Sequence record: SRR2962707_917 | Direction: 5' to 3' (one strand) | DNA: 52,030 bases | Shown: positions 21,674-32,300 of the stretch, in pieces | Numbering within the stretch: the first letter of the stretch is position 1 | How the letters are laid out: each line of letters begins with the position of its first letter | The notes under the pieces: model-generated | Database searches by the model: none | Told to the model about the DNA's origin: nothing | The model's input: only the letters and a program-made list of their open reading frames with translations | Translations under genes and position numbers: made by a program

Positions 21674-21861
21674 AACTGCTGTGAAAGGGCGTTAGAATAA
21701 CTTCTCGCTTTTTCACTCAGACGCTGAAAAAACGGACGAAAAATTGTGGCATTGCAACAAAGCAATACCGATGACCTTCTCCCAAATACTAAAGTGTTGC
21801 CGCAATTTTTCCCCAGTCTTCCTATATATTCATAGTGTAATTTTGTTATGGGGTTCCTTTT

Positions 21862-24800
21862 ATGACGTCCAATACCGAGAATCTGGCAGGCGATGATAAC
21901 GACATCGCCATTGTTGGCATGTCCTCGCATTTGCCTGGGGCAGATAGCATTCAAGCGTATTGGAAAAACCTGCGCGACGGGATTTCTTCGATTCGTAAGC
22001 TCTCAGATGAGGAGCTGATTGCCGCTGGCGAAGATCCCGGTTTGCTGCGTCATAGAAATTACGTCCCCTACGCCGCGACCCTGGACGGGTTCGAGATGTT
22101 TGACGGAGAGTTCTTTGGGTTTTCACCTAAGGAAAGTGCGATCATGGATCCCCAGCACCGTCAATTCCTTGAAACCTCATGGGAAGCGCTGGAAAACGCC
22201 GGACATACACCCGAGAGCTTTAATGGCCAGGTCGGTGTATTTGCGGGCTGCGGCATGGGCAGCTATTTTTACTTCAACATCTGTTCAAATCCGGATCTGG
22301 TTGACAACACAGGCATGTTCCTGTTGCGCCACACCGGCAATGACAAGGATTTCATGACCACCCGTCTGAGCCATGTTCTGGATTTGCACGGCCCGTCGAT
22401 CAACCTGCAAACAGCCTGTTCAACGTCCCTTGTCGCGACTCACTACGCTTGCCAATCCCTGTTGAATGGTGAGTGTGATATGGCGCTGGCCGGAGGGGTG
22501 ACAATCGAACTGCCTCATGCCCGCGGCTATGTGTTTAAAGAGAACGAAATTCTCTCTCCGGACGGCGAATGTCACGCGTTCGATCACCGAGCCGAAGGAA
22601 CCGTTTTTGGGTCCGGCGCCGGGGTCGTTGTCTTGCGTCGTTTAGCGGATGCCATCGCAGATGGCGATCATATTTGGGCGGTTATCAAGGGCACAGCCGT
22701 AAACAACGATGGTGCTGCAAAAGCAGGGTATCTTGCTCCGTCTGTCGATGGACAAGCCGACGCCATTGCAGAAGCGCAATCCGTGGCCAATGTCACGGCG
22801 GATACAATTGATTATGTTGAGTGTCATGGAACGGGAACCTATCTTGGTGACCCCATCGAAGTCGCGGCCCTGACCCAAGCCTTTCAGGAAACAACAGACG
22901 AAACAGGCTATTGCCGGATTGGCTCCGTCAAAACCAATATTGGCCACACCGATACGGCGGCCGGCGTTGCCAGTTTGATCAAAACGTCGCTGGCGTTGCA
23001 TCACAACCAAATGCCCCCGTCTCTCGGCTTCGAGAAACCGAACCCTTCGATTGACTTCGAACACTCCCCCTTTCGCGTCAACGACCGTTTGACAGACTGG
23101 GTCTCTCATAAGGGGCCACGCCGTGCGGGTGTGAATTCGCTTGGTGTCGGTGGCACGAACGCGCACGCCGTTTTGGAAGAAGCCCCCCAGCGGAGCGTTT
23201 CCGAAGAAAGTGACTGGCCCTTCCAAATTCTTACCGTGTCCGGGCGCAACAAGGGCGCATTGGATGGGAATGCCAAGCAACTCGCGGCCCATTTGCGCGC
23301 GCATCCCGAACAATCGTTGGCGGATATTGCTTTCACCCTGAAAGAAGGGCGTCGTGGGTTTGAGAAGCGCCGGGTAATCGTTGCCGAAACGCACGAAGAA
23401 GCCGCGCGTCTTTTAGAAGAAGACACGCCCCGCCGTGTGCACAGCCACACAGCTCTCAGCGCGCCAGACACTGTTTTCATGTTCCCGGGCGGCGGCGCTC
23501 AGTTCGCCGGAATGGCACGTGACTTGTACGAAACAGAACCCACTTTCGCCGAATGGATGGACCAGGGTCTTGAGATACTGGCGAAACTGGATGACCGTGA
23601 CTACCGCTCTGTTTGGTTACCCGAAGAAGGCATGTTGGATCAGGCTGACGAAGCCCTGAAAAAACCGTCGATGCAATTGCCGCTGATCATGATCGTCGAA
23701 TATGCCTTGGCCCAATTGTGGATGAGCTGGGGCGTTACGCCTGCCGCTCTGACCGGTCATTCTATGGGTGAAAACACGGCCGCTTGCGTTGCGGGTGTGA
23801 TGTCCTTCGAAGATTGTATTGGCTTGGTACACCTGCGTGGCAGCCTGTTCGATACCGTTCCTGCCGGTGGTATGTTGTCGGTCAATTTACCTGCAGATGA
23901 TCTGCGTCCCCTACTCAGCGAAGATCTTGATTTGGGCGCCGTTAATGCCCCAGAACTCTCTGTTGTTTCCGGCCCGCAATCCGCTTTGGACGACATGGAG
24001 AAATTGCTGAAGTCAAAAGATGTTGATTGCCAGCGCATCCAAATTGATATCGCGGCGCATTCTCGGATGCTGGACCCCATTCTGGAGCGGTTCCACTCTT
24101 ATCTGCAATCGATCCAGCTCAATCCGCCCCAAATTCCGCTGACGTCCAATCGCACCGGCGAAATGATGACGGACGCGCAAGCAACGGATCCCGATTACTG
24201 GGTCGCCCACCTGCGCGGCACAGTTCATTTTGCCGATGGCATCGCAACCCTTGCCAAGGACAACCGGATTTTCCTCGAAGTTGGACCGGGCAAAGCCTTG
24301 TCTGCCCTGAGTCGTCAGCACAATGATGTGAATGGTCAACAAGTGTTGGGCAGTTTGCGTCACCCCGAGGAACAGATCGAAGACGATAAGTACTTCCTTG
24401 AAACGCTCGGGCGCATCTGGGCGCTGGGAGGGTCGTTTGATTGGAGCCAGATTTGGGGCGACGCCAAACGAAACCGTGTGCCGTTGCCGACCTATGCGTT
24501 CCAGCGGGCCAAGTATTTCATTGAGCCGGGAAAAGTTCAAAACGACCTCGCCCCGCAGTTCCTGATGCGCAACGATGATGTAAGCGAATGGGGTTGGAAA
24601 CCGGTTTGGCGCCCCGGAAGCCCGATCAGTGATGTTGATGTCGTTGATGGGTTGGCCGATGCAGAACCGCAAACATGGCTGATGTTTATGGATGACGCCG
24701 GGATTGCCACCCGTTGTGCAACCAAATTGCGGGCCGCCAATCATCAGGTCATTGAAGTCCGCACAGGCGACACATTTTCTCGTGTTGGCGATACGGCCTA

Positions 24801-27800
24801 TGTCATTGCGCCGGAACGCGGTCGCGAAGGCTATGATTTACTGATCCAAGACATGCTGTCGCGCGGTTTGGTGCCCAATCGATTGGCCCATTTCTGGATG
24901 ATGACGGCAAATGAATCTCACCGCCCTGGGTCCAGCTTTTTCCACAGAATCCAGGAGCAGGGCTTCTATTCGTTGTTGTTCCTGGCGCAAGCCATCGCAG
25001 AAGAAAACCTGCCGCGGCCCCTGCAAATCACGGTTGTCACGAATGGGGCTACCCGCCTGCGTGACGAAGCCTTACCTTATCCAGCCAAATCGACAATCGC
25101 GGGCCCTGCGCGTGTTATCCCACGAGAGCTTCCAGGCGTGACTGTATCCACTTTGGATATTCAACTGCCAACATTGCCAGACGTCCATTTCTGGAAAAAA
25201 GCACAGCAGCGCGAAGCACTTGAAACCGCGCAAGACGCGCTGGCCCTCAGCGTTCTCGAAGACCTCATGGCTGAACCTGCAAACGAAATCGTCGCTCTTC
25301 GTGGCGACCGCCGGTTTACCTGTGCCATGCGCCCAACCGCGCTTAAGGCAGATGACCAAGCTCCAGAAGCGAAAGACGGCACATATCTGATAACCGGTGG
25401 GTTTGGCGGTATCGGCCTGTCATTGGCCAAGGACTTCGCGGCCAAAGGGGCCAACTTGGTCTTGATTGCGCGTCAGGATTTGCCAGACCGCCAAGTCTGG
25501 GATGAGTATCTGACCCGGCATGCACCACAGGACAGCATTTCCCAGCGTATACGCGCCGTTCGCATACTTGAGGAGGCTGGCGCGACTGTCATGGTTGGCG
25601 CAGCCGACGTCTCAAACCATGCGGCCATGAAAACAGTGGTAGACGACGCAACCAAGGCGTTTGGTCCCATCATTGGCGTAATTCACGGGGCTGGTGTTGT
25701 CGATGACGCGCCTTTGCTGACCAAATCTTCCTCCTCTATCGAAGAGGTCTTCACTCCCAAAATTCTGGGCACCGAGGTGCTGGATCAAATCTTCCCGGAT
25801 GGCTCCATCGAATGGATGGTTCTGTTCTCTTCATCTTCGACGGTAACGGCGCCTGCGGGCCAGGTCGACTACGTGGCCGCGAACGAATATCTCAACGCCT
25901 TTGCCCAGTCCCGAAAAGGCGGCAAAACCCGCGTGCTGGCGATCAACTGGGGTATTTGGAACGAAGTCGGCATGGCCGCCGAGGCCGTGGCCCAGCGCAA
26001 TGGGGATCTACCGCCAATGCCGCAAGAGCCTGCCCATGTTCCGATGCTGGAAACAGCAACCTTTGACCACAACGGCAACCGTTTGTTCAAAACCCGCTTT
26101 GACACCAATGATTGGGTAATTGATGAGCACCGCACGGCAAGAGGCGACGCGTTGTTGCCCGGAACCGGATATCTGACGCTCGCCGCCCAAGCCTTGGCGA
26201 GCCAAGGTGAACCCACCGCTTTCGAAATCCGCGACTTGAACATGTTGAGGGCCCTCTCTGTTCCCGATGGACAAGCCCGCGACGTTCAGGTTCGCCTGAC
26301 ACGCAGCGCTGAGGGCTATGGGTTCGACGTTCTTGCCGATTGTATGTTCGATGGCAAACAAGGCCACACGCTCACTGCCCAAGCCGCTTTGGCCCTTGTA
26401 CCCATGGCACAGCCCGAAAAGCTTGATCTTTCCGTAATCCGCGATCGTTGTGGCGCCCCAGAGACGGCACAACGCGATGGAAAACTCTCAACTTCACAGG
26501 AAGTGCATCTGAATTTTGGCCCACGCTGGAAAGTGTTGGACTCGCGCGCCTTAGGTCAAAACGAAGGTATCGCTGACCTTTCCCTGCCCAAAATCGCCGA
26601 AAATGACAAAGACTATTTTCTGCATCCAGCCTTGATGGACATCGCAACCGGCTGGGCCATGGAACTTATTTCCGGGTATCAACCAACCCATTTGTGGGTG
26701 CCTGTGTCCTATGCCCGCGTTCGTGTACACCAACCGGCTCCCTCACAGGCCGTCAGTTGGGTACGCAATGCAGCCGATAATGAGGCGGGGCATCAAACAG
26801 CCAGCTTCAACATTACCATTTGCGCGCCGGACGGCACCGTTTGCGTCGAGATCAGCGGTTTCACAATCCGTCGGATCGAGGATGTTGCCGCCTTGTCGAG
26901 GGCACCTCGTCTCACATTTGCAGAAGTTGAATTTGACCCGCAAACCGAGGGCACAGCACAACCGTTGTCAGCCTCTGAGGAACGCCTGCAACATAACCTG
27001 AGCCAAGGCATTTTGCCGAACGAGGGTGTGCAAGCCTTCCACAGCGCTCTGGCAACGGGCTTGCCGCAAGTTGTCGTCAGCTCGATGGAATTGGACGCGT
27101 TGAAAGCCCAGACTGCGGCGAGTACAGCGGCACAAGGGGACGTTCAGAAGTTCGACCGGCCACAGCTTGATGGCGACTATGCCGCGCCAGAGAATGATAT
27201 CGAACGCACATTGGTCGGCTTTTGGGAAGATTTGCTAGGCGTGCAGAACGTCGGCGTAGAGGACAGTTTCTTTGATCTTGGCGGGCACTCTCTGATCGCT
27301 GTGCGTCTGTTCTCGATGGTTAAGAAAGCGTATCGGATCGAATTCCCAATCTCTGTCTTGTTCGAAGCCCCCACAATCCGAAAATGTGCAGCCTTGATTG
27401 CAGAGCGGACTGGTGGCGCGACCAACACAGAAGGGGAAACCAAACCGGAAGCGCCTAAGCGTCGCTTTAAACATCTTGTGGCCATGCATGACGGTGAAGG
27501 TGGTCCTAAAACACCCTTCTTCCTTGTGGCTGGCATGTTCGGAAACGTTCTGAACTTGCGTCACTTGGCCAACCTTCTCGGATCTGACCGTCCATTTTTC
27601 GGTTTGCAAGCGCGCGGCCTCTATGGGGACGAAGCGCCTCATAATACATTGAACGAAGCGGCCGCCGACTACATTGCGGAAATGAAGCAGGTTCAGGCGC
27701 ATGGGCCTTATCTTGTTGGTGGGTTCTCTGGCGGTGGTATTACAGCCTATGAAATCGCCCGCCAACTCGAAGCCATGGGAGACGAAGTGGCCATCGTGGT

Positions 27801-28335
27801 TCTTTTGGACACACCTTTGCCGGTCCGACGACCATTGGCACGCAAAGACCGGATGATCATCCAGTTGCAAGAACTTCGTAACAAGGGTTTCACCTATCCA
27901 TTTATCTGGGCGAAAAACCGGATTGCCTGGGAAATCGAGAAACGCCGCGAAACGGTAGAGCAAACCGAAGCACCCCATCAGTTCCACAATTCAGAGATCG
28001 AAGCCGCCTTCCTTGAGGCCGTTGGTCACTATGAGGTGAAACCATGGGACGGTCGTCTTGTTCTGTATCGTCCACCTTTGATTGGCAAATGGTCGGTCTC
28101 GAACGGGCGCAAAGTGAACAGCGAACGCGCTTATGTGCTGGATGACAATGATTGGGGTCAATACGTGCCACATGTCGAAGTGCACGAAGTTCCGGGCGAT
28201 CATGACAGCATGGTTCTGGAACCCAACGTGCGTGTGTTGGCGAGCTTGATGAAAGAAGCCATCATTGGCGCTGAGGCGGTCATCGATGGCAAGGGCGAAG
28301 TCGTTTCGTTCCCCGGAAAGCGAGCCGCAGAATGA
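21862..28335 (+). CDS. Type I polyketide synthase KS-AT-KR(DH inserted)-ACP-TE
   Basis: KS QTACSTS/HGTGT/NIGH; AT GHSMG; KR TGGFGGIG and GQVDYVAAN; DH HRTARGDALLP and HPALMD; ACP LGGHSL; TE GFSGG and GDH. Confidence 0.93.
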   Translation: MTSNTENLAGDDNDIAIVGMSSHLPGADSIQAYWKNLRDGISSIRKLSDEELIAAGEDPGLLRHRNYVPYAATLDGFEMFDGEFFGFSPKESAIMDPQHRQFLETSWEALENAGHTPESFNGQVGVFAGCGMGSYFYFNICSNPDLVDNTGMFLLRHTGNDKDFMTTRLSHVLDLHGPSINLQTACSTSLVATHYACQSLLNGECDMALAGGVTIELPHARGYVFKENEILSPDGECHAFDHRAEGTVFGSGAGVVVLRRLADAIADGDHIWAVIKGTAVNNDGAAKAGYLAPSVDGQADAIAEAQSVANVTADTIDYVECHGTGTYLGDPIEVAALTQAFQETTDETGYCRIGSVKTNIGHTDTAAGVASLIKTSLALHHNQMPPSLGFEKPNPSIDFEHSPFRVNDRLTDWVSHKGPRRAGVNSLGVGGTNAHAVLEEAPQRSVSEESDWPFQILTVSGRNKGALDGNAKQLAAHLRAHPEQSLADIAFTLKEGRRGFEKRRVIVAETHEEAARLLEEDTPRRVHSHTALSAPDTVFMFPGGGAQFAGMARDLYETEPTFAEWMDQGLEILAKLDDRDYRSVWLPEEGMLDQADEALKKPSMQLPLIMIVEYALAQLWMSWGVTPAALTGHSMGENTAACVAGVMSFEDCIGLVHLRGSLFDTVPAGGMLSVNLPADDLRPLLSEDLDLGAVNAPELSVVSGPQSALDDMEKLLKSKDVDCQRIQIDIAAHSRMLDPILERFHSYLQSIQLNPPQIPLTSNRTGEMMTDAQATDPDYWVAHLRGTVHFADGIATLAKDNRIFLEVGPGKALSALSRQHNDVNGQQVLGSLRHPEEQIEDDKYFLETLGRIWALGGSFDWSQIWGDAKRNRVPLPTYAFQRAKYFIEPGKVQNDLAPQFLMRNDDVSEWGWKPVWRPGSPISDVDVVDGLADAEPQTWLMFMDDAGIATRCATKLRAANHQVIEVRTGDTFSRVGDTAYVIAPERGREGYDLLIQDMLSRGLVPNRLAHFWMMTANESHRPGSSFFHRIQEQGFYSLLFLAQAIAEENLPRPLQITVVTNGATRLRDEALPYPAKSTIAGPARVIPRELPGVTVSTLDIQLPTLPDVHFWKKAQQREALETAQDALALSVLEDLMAEPANEIVALRGDRRFTCAMRPTALKADDQAPEAKDGTYLITGGFGGIGLSLAKDFAAKGANLVLIARQDLPDRQVWDEYLTRHAPQDSISQRIRAVRILEEAGATVMVGAADVSNHAAMKTVVDDATKAFGPIIGVIHGAGVVDDAPLLTKSSSSIEEVFTPKILGTEVLDQIFPDGSIEWMVLFSSSSTVTAPAGQVDYVAANEYLNAFAQSRKGGKTRVLAINWGIWNEVGMAAEAVAQRNGDLPPMPQEPAHVPMLETATFDHNGNRLFKTRFDTNDWVIDEHRTARGDALLPGTGYLTLAAQALASQGEPTAFEIRDLNMLRALSVPDGQARDVQVRLTRSAEGYGFDVLADCMFDGKQGHTLTAQAALALVPMAQPEKLDLSVIRDRCGAPETAQRDGKLSTSQEVHLNFGPRWKVLDSRALGQNEGIADLSLPKIAENDKDYFLHPALMDIATGWAMELISGYQPTHLWVPVSYARVRVHQPAPSQAVSWVRNAADNEAGHQTASFNITICAPDGTVCVEISGFTIRRIEDVAALSRAPRLTFAEVEFDPQTEGTAQPLSASEERLQHNLSQGILPNEGVQAFHSALATGLPQVVVSSMELDALKAQTAASTAAQGDVQKFDRPQLDGDYAAPENDIERTLVGFWEDLLGVQNVGVEDSFFDLGGHSLIAVRLFSMVKKAYRIEFPISVLFEAPTIRKCAALIAERTGGATNTEGETKPEAPKRRFKHLVAMHDGEGGPKTPFFLVAGMFGNVLNLRHLANLLGSDRPFFGLQARGLYGDEAPHNTLNEAAADYIAEMKQVQAHGPYLVGGFSGGGITAYEIARQLEAMGDEVAIVVLLDTPLPVRRPLARKDRMIIQLQELRNKGFTYPFIWAKNRIAWEIEKRRETVEQTEAPHQFHNSEIEAAFLEAVGHYEVKPWDGRLVLYRPPLIGKWSVSNGRKVNSERAYVLDDNDWGQYVPHVEVHEVPGDHDSMVLEPNVRVLASLMKEAIIGAEAVIDGKGEVVSFPGKRAAE

Positions 28336-29357
28336 CCACGGATCAACCCAGTATTCTGACCATCATCCTGAACTATAAAACGCCAGATATGACGTTAAAG
28401 TCAGCACGGTCGGCCGCTCAGGCGATGCGTGATCTCAATGGGGAAATCACGATAGTAGACAATGACTCTCAGGATGGTTCCTTTGAAGCCATTGAAGCTG
28501 GGTTAGAGGCTCCCGACTGGCCCGAAGGGGTGGCGGTGCGTGTCATTCAGTCGGCCAAAAATGGTGGATTTGGCGCTGGGAACAATGTTGGTATTCGGGC
28601 CGGGTTGTCGGATGGCACAAAACCCGACTTTGTCTACATTCTGAACTCAGATGCCTTTCCGGCACCCGATGCCATTCAGTGTCTGCTGAACTACCTGCAA
28701 GCGCACCCAAAAGTCGGGTTTGCGGGCAGCTATATCCACGGCGAAGACCAACATGATCACATCACCCTGTTCCGCTTTCCCTCTGCCCTGTCAGAGCTTG
28801 AAAGCGCAGCGCGGTTTGGCCCGGTTTCCAGACTGCTGAAAAACCACATTGTTCACCTGCCTGTTCCTGAACAATCTCAGCGGGTCGATTGGCTTGCCGG
28901 GGCCTCTATGATGATGCGCACGTCGGTCCTGGATGAAATTGGGTTATTCGACGAAACCTTCTTTTTGTATTTCGAAGAAACTGACCTAAGCTTGCGCGCC
29001 GCGCGCGCCGGGCACGAAACACATTATGTCCGTGAAAGCCACGTTGAGCATATCGGATCCGTGTCGACCGGTATGAAGAAATGGCAGCGCATTCCAGGCT
29101 ACTGGCTGGAGAGTCGCTGGCACTATTATACAAAAAACCACGGCCGCGCATACGCATGTGCGGTCACACTTGCACATATGACAGGGGGGCTGTTGTGGCG
29201 CATACGCAGAGCCCTTCAGAGCAAACCCCAAGCAGACCCCGATTATTTTCTGTGGGATATGCTGGTGCACGATCTTAAAGCGATGTTCCGGCCTTTACCC
29301 GGAAAACGCGCCGCTGCCGACTGTGTAGCGCTTGAAGTAAAAGCGGAGAAGTATTGA
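28332..29357 (+). CDS. GT2 glycosyltransferase (WbbL/rhamnosyltransferase-like)
   Basis: IILNYKT, VDNDSQD, NGGFGAGNN, LNSD, FDETFFLYFEETD; overlaps both the PKS stop and the NRPS start. Confidence 0.9.
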   Translation: MTTDQPSILTIILNYKTPDMTLKSARSAAQAMRDLNGEITIVDNDSQDGSFEAIEAGLEAPDWPEGVAVRVIQSAKNGGFGAGNNVGIRAGLSDGTKPDFVYILNSDAFPAPDAIQCLLNYLQAHPKVGFAGSYIHGEDQHDHITLFRFPSALSELESAARFGPVSRLLKNHIVHLPVPEQSQRVDWLAGASMMMRTSVLDEIGLFDETFFLYFEETDLSLRAARAGHETHYVRESHVEHIGSVSTGMKKWQRIPGYWLESRWHYYTKNHGRAYACAVTLAHMTGGLLWRIRRALQSKPQADPDYFLWDMLVHDLKAMFRPLPGKRAAADCVALEVKAEKY

Positions 29358-32300
29358 TGGCCTTGTTTTCCTCAGTTGTTATCGGAAATGAATCTCTTTT
29401 GGTTCAATGCAGTGAAAAGCTGCTGGCGCGCGGGCATTCGATTTCTGCGGTCGTCACCCAGAATCCTGACATCCGCAAGTGGGCAGAGACCAAGGGTCTA
29501 CCTGTCATTGAGCAAGACAAAGGCCAAGAAGCCGCATTGTCTGCGTTGACCTTTGATTGGCTGCTCAGCATCGCAAATCTGGCGATCATTCCGCAAAACG
29601 TCCTGAATATGGCCAAGCAAGGCGCCGTGAACTTCCACGACGGTCCATTGCCCAAACACGCAGGTCTGAATGCGCCGGTCTGGGCTTTGCTTGAGGGCGA
29701 GACTGAACATGGCATCACATGGCATCTGATCGAAGGGGGGGTGGACGAAGGAGACATCCTTGCCCAGCGCCTGTTCCCGGTAACCTCAACGGATACAGCC
29801 TTGACGCTGAACACCAAGTGTTACGAAGCCGCGATGGACAGCTTTGGTGATTTGATGGCCCAGCTGGAAACTGGGGCACCGTTGCGCGAGGCACAAGACC
29901 TGACCAAACGCAGCTATCACGCATTGGCCGCACGCCCAACTGCCGGGGGCCTGTTGGACTTTTCGCGCCCCGCAGTCGACTTGGAACGTCTGGTGCGCGC
30001 CTTGGATCATGGCCCTTACTGGAACCCACTTTGCGCGGCAAAGTTCAGCGTCAATGGGGCGCTTTGGTTGGTTGGCCATGCCAAGCTAACAGAAAGCCAC
30101 GCCGCCCCCGGTAGCGTCATCGAAGCAACCGACAAACATCTTACCGTCGCTTGCGGGGAACATGCACTGGTCCTTACAGACATCCGCAGCATTTCCGGTA
30201 CCGATGTTGCCCCATCGGATATTGTCAAATCTGGCGGTGTTTTGACCCTGATGACCGCAGAGGACATCGCTAAGATTGACGACGCCATCGCGAGCACGGC
30301 TGCAGGAACGAATAAGTTCCGTAAGGCCCTCTCAAAGCTTACTCCAGCCGAAATATCTGGGGTGACAAACGCATCCGCGAGTATTGAATCCCGGACACTC
30401 AATTTGGAAGGGTCAGAGACTGTTCTGGCTGAAATCGCTTTGTGGGTGGCGCAAACCGCGCAATCAGATCTTTGCGACATCGCTTATTCCAACGCTGCAG
30501 TTAAACAGCTCTCTGAGACCGGACATGTCGCGCCATGGAGCCCATTTCGGATCAACGCCAAAGGAAGCTTTGATGGCCTTGTCAAAGCGGTCGATCAGGC
30601 AATCGCCTCAGCGCGCAAAATCCCCGGATTTGCAACGGATCTGATTGCACGCGATCCTGCTCTTGAACAGCCAACCCAACCTCATATTGGCCTATCCGAA
30701 GGTGCAGGCCCAATCGCCGGTTGCGTGTTGACTGTCGAACTTGGTGACACCCCTGCGCTGCATTTTGATAGTGGACGGATTTCCGCCGCCCATGCCGAAC
30801 TGTTGGCAGCGCGGCTTGAGCTCTTGGCGAAAACAGACAACAAAACAGTCTCTGTTGTGCCTGAATTGTCCAGCACAGAGCGTGATCTGGTTCTGAACTC
30901 ATGGAACAAGACCGACACCGATTATGACCGCGCGCTTACCATGCACCGCGCCTTTGAAGCGCAGGTTGCCAAAACGCCAAATGCACCAGCTTTGGTGTTT
31001 GAAAACACGACCCTGACCTATGCCGACTTGAACGCACGGGCCAACCGTGTTGCCAATGTCTTGCAACAGATGGGCGTTGTACCGGGCAAAGTCGTGGGCC
31101 TGTGCACCAAACGATCGCTGGACCTTTTGGTCGGCGCATTGGCCATTTTGAAGGCTGGCGGCGCTTATCTTCCTATGGATCCTGCCTACCCCGCCGATCG
31201 TCTGGCGCACTTCATCAAAGACAGCGGTGCGCCCGTCATCATCACGCAATCTGCCCTTGTCCCGACATTACCGCAGCACGACGCGCAGGTGCTTGAAATC
31301 GACACCGACCCGCGCATTGCAGCCGCACCAGAGAGCAACCTCGACGACACAAGCAACCGCGATGACCTCGCTTATTTAATCTACACGTCCGGTTCCACCG
31401 GGCTGCCCAAGGGCGTCATGATTGAACATGGTAATGTCATCAATTTCTACGTTGGTATGGATGACCGGGTGTCCCATGACCCAGCGGGCACATGGCTGGC
31501 TGTTACCAGCCTGAGCTTCGACATTTCGGTCCTCGAACTCTTCTACGCCACAGCACGCGGCTTCAAGGTAGTGATTTCGTCAGACGAAGATCGCACAATG
31601 ATCTCTAAGGGCCCGATGCCCATGTCCGACCGTGGCATGCAATTCTCGCTTTATTACTGGGGCAATGATGACGGCGCAGGCCGTGACAAATATCGCCTGC
31701 TGTTGGAAGGCGCTCAGTTCGCTGACAAGAACGGATTTTGCGCCGTTTGGACTCCTGAACGCCACTTCCACGCGTTTGGCGGCCCTTACCCGAACCCATC
31801 AGTGACAGGCGCCGCAGTTGCTTCGATCACTCGCAATATTGGTGTGCGTGGCGGCAGTGTGGTCGCACCTCTGCACCACCCTGCGCGGATCGCCGAAGAA
31901 TGGGCGGTCATCGACAATCTGACAGACGGCAAAGCCGGAATGGCCATTGCGAGTGGCTGGCAACCGGATGACTTTGTCTTGCGTCCTGAAAACACACCAC
32001 CGGAAAACAAATCCGCCATGATCGAAAGCATCAAAGTGCTTCGTAAGCTCTGGGAAGGAGACGCCGTCCCCTTCCCACGCAAAGATGGCACCATGCATGA
32101 AGTGGTGACGCAACCACGCCCTGTGTCCAAAAAGTTGCCCGTTTGGGTGACAACAGCCGGGAACCCAGAAACCTGGCGCGAAGCCGGTAAACTTGGGTGC
32201 AACGTCCTGACTCACCTGTTGGGCCAGTCGGTTGAAGAAGTTGAAGAAAAGATCAAACTCTATCATGAGGCGTTGCGGCAGGCTGGTCATGATCCAAAGG

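Noticed and set aside
22642-27987. Several 240-250 aa minus-strand ORFs within the PKS
   Set aside because: Antisense to a motif-complete PKS; no independent coding signal.
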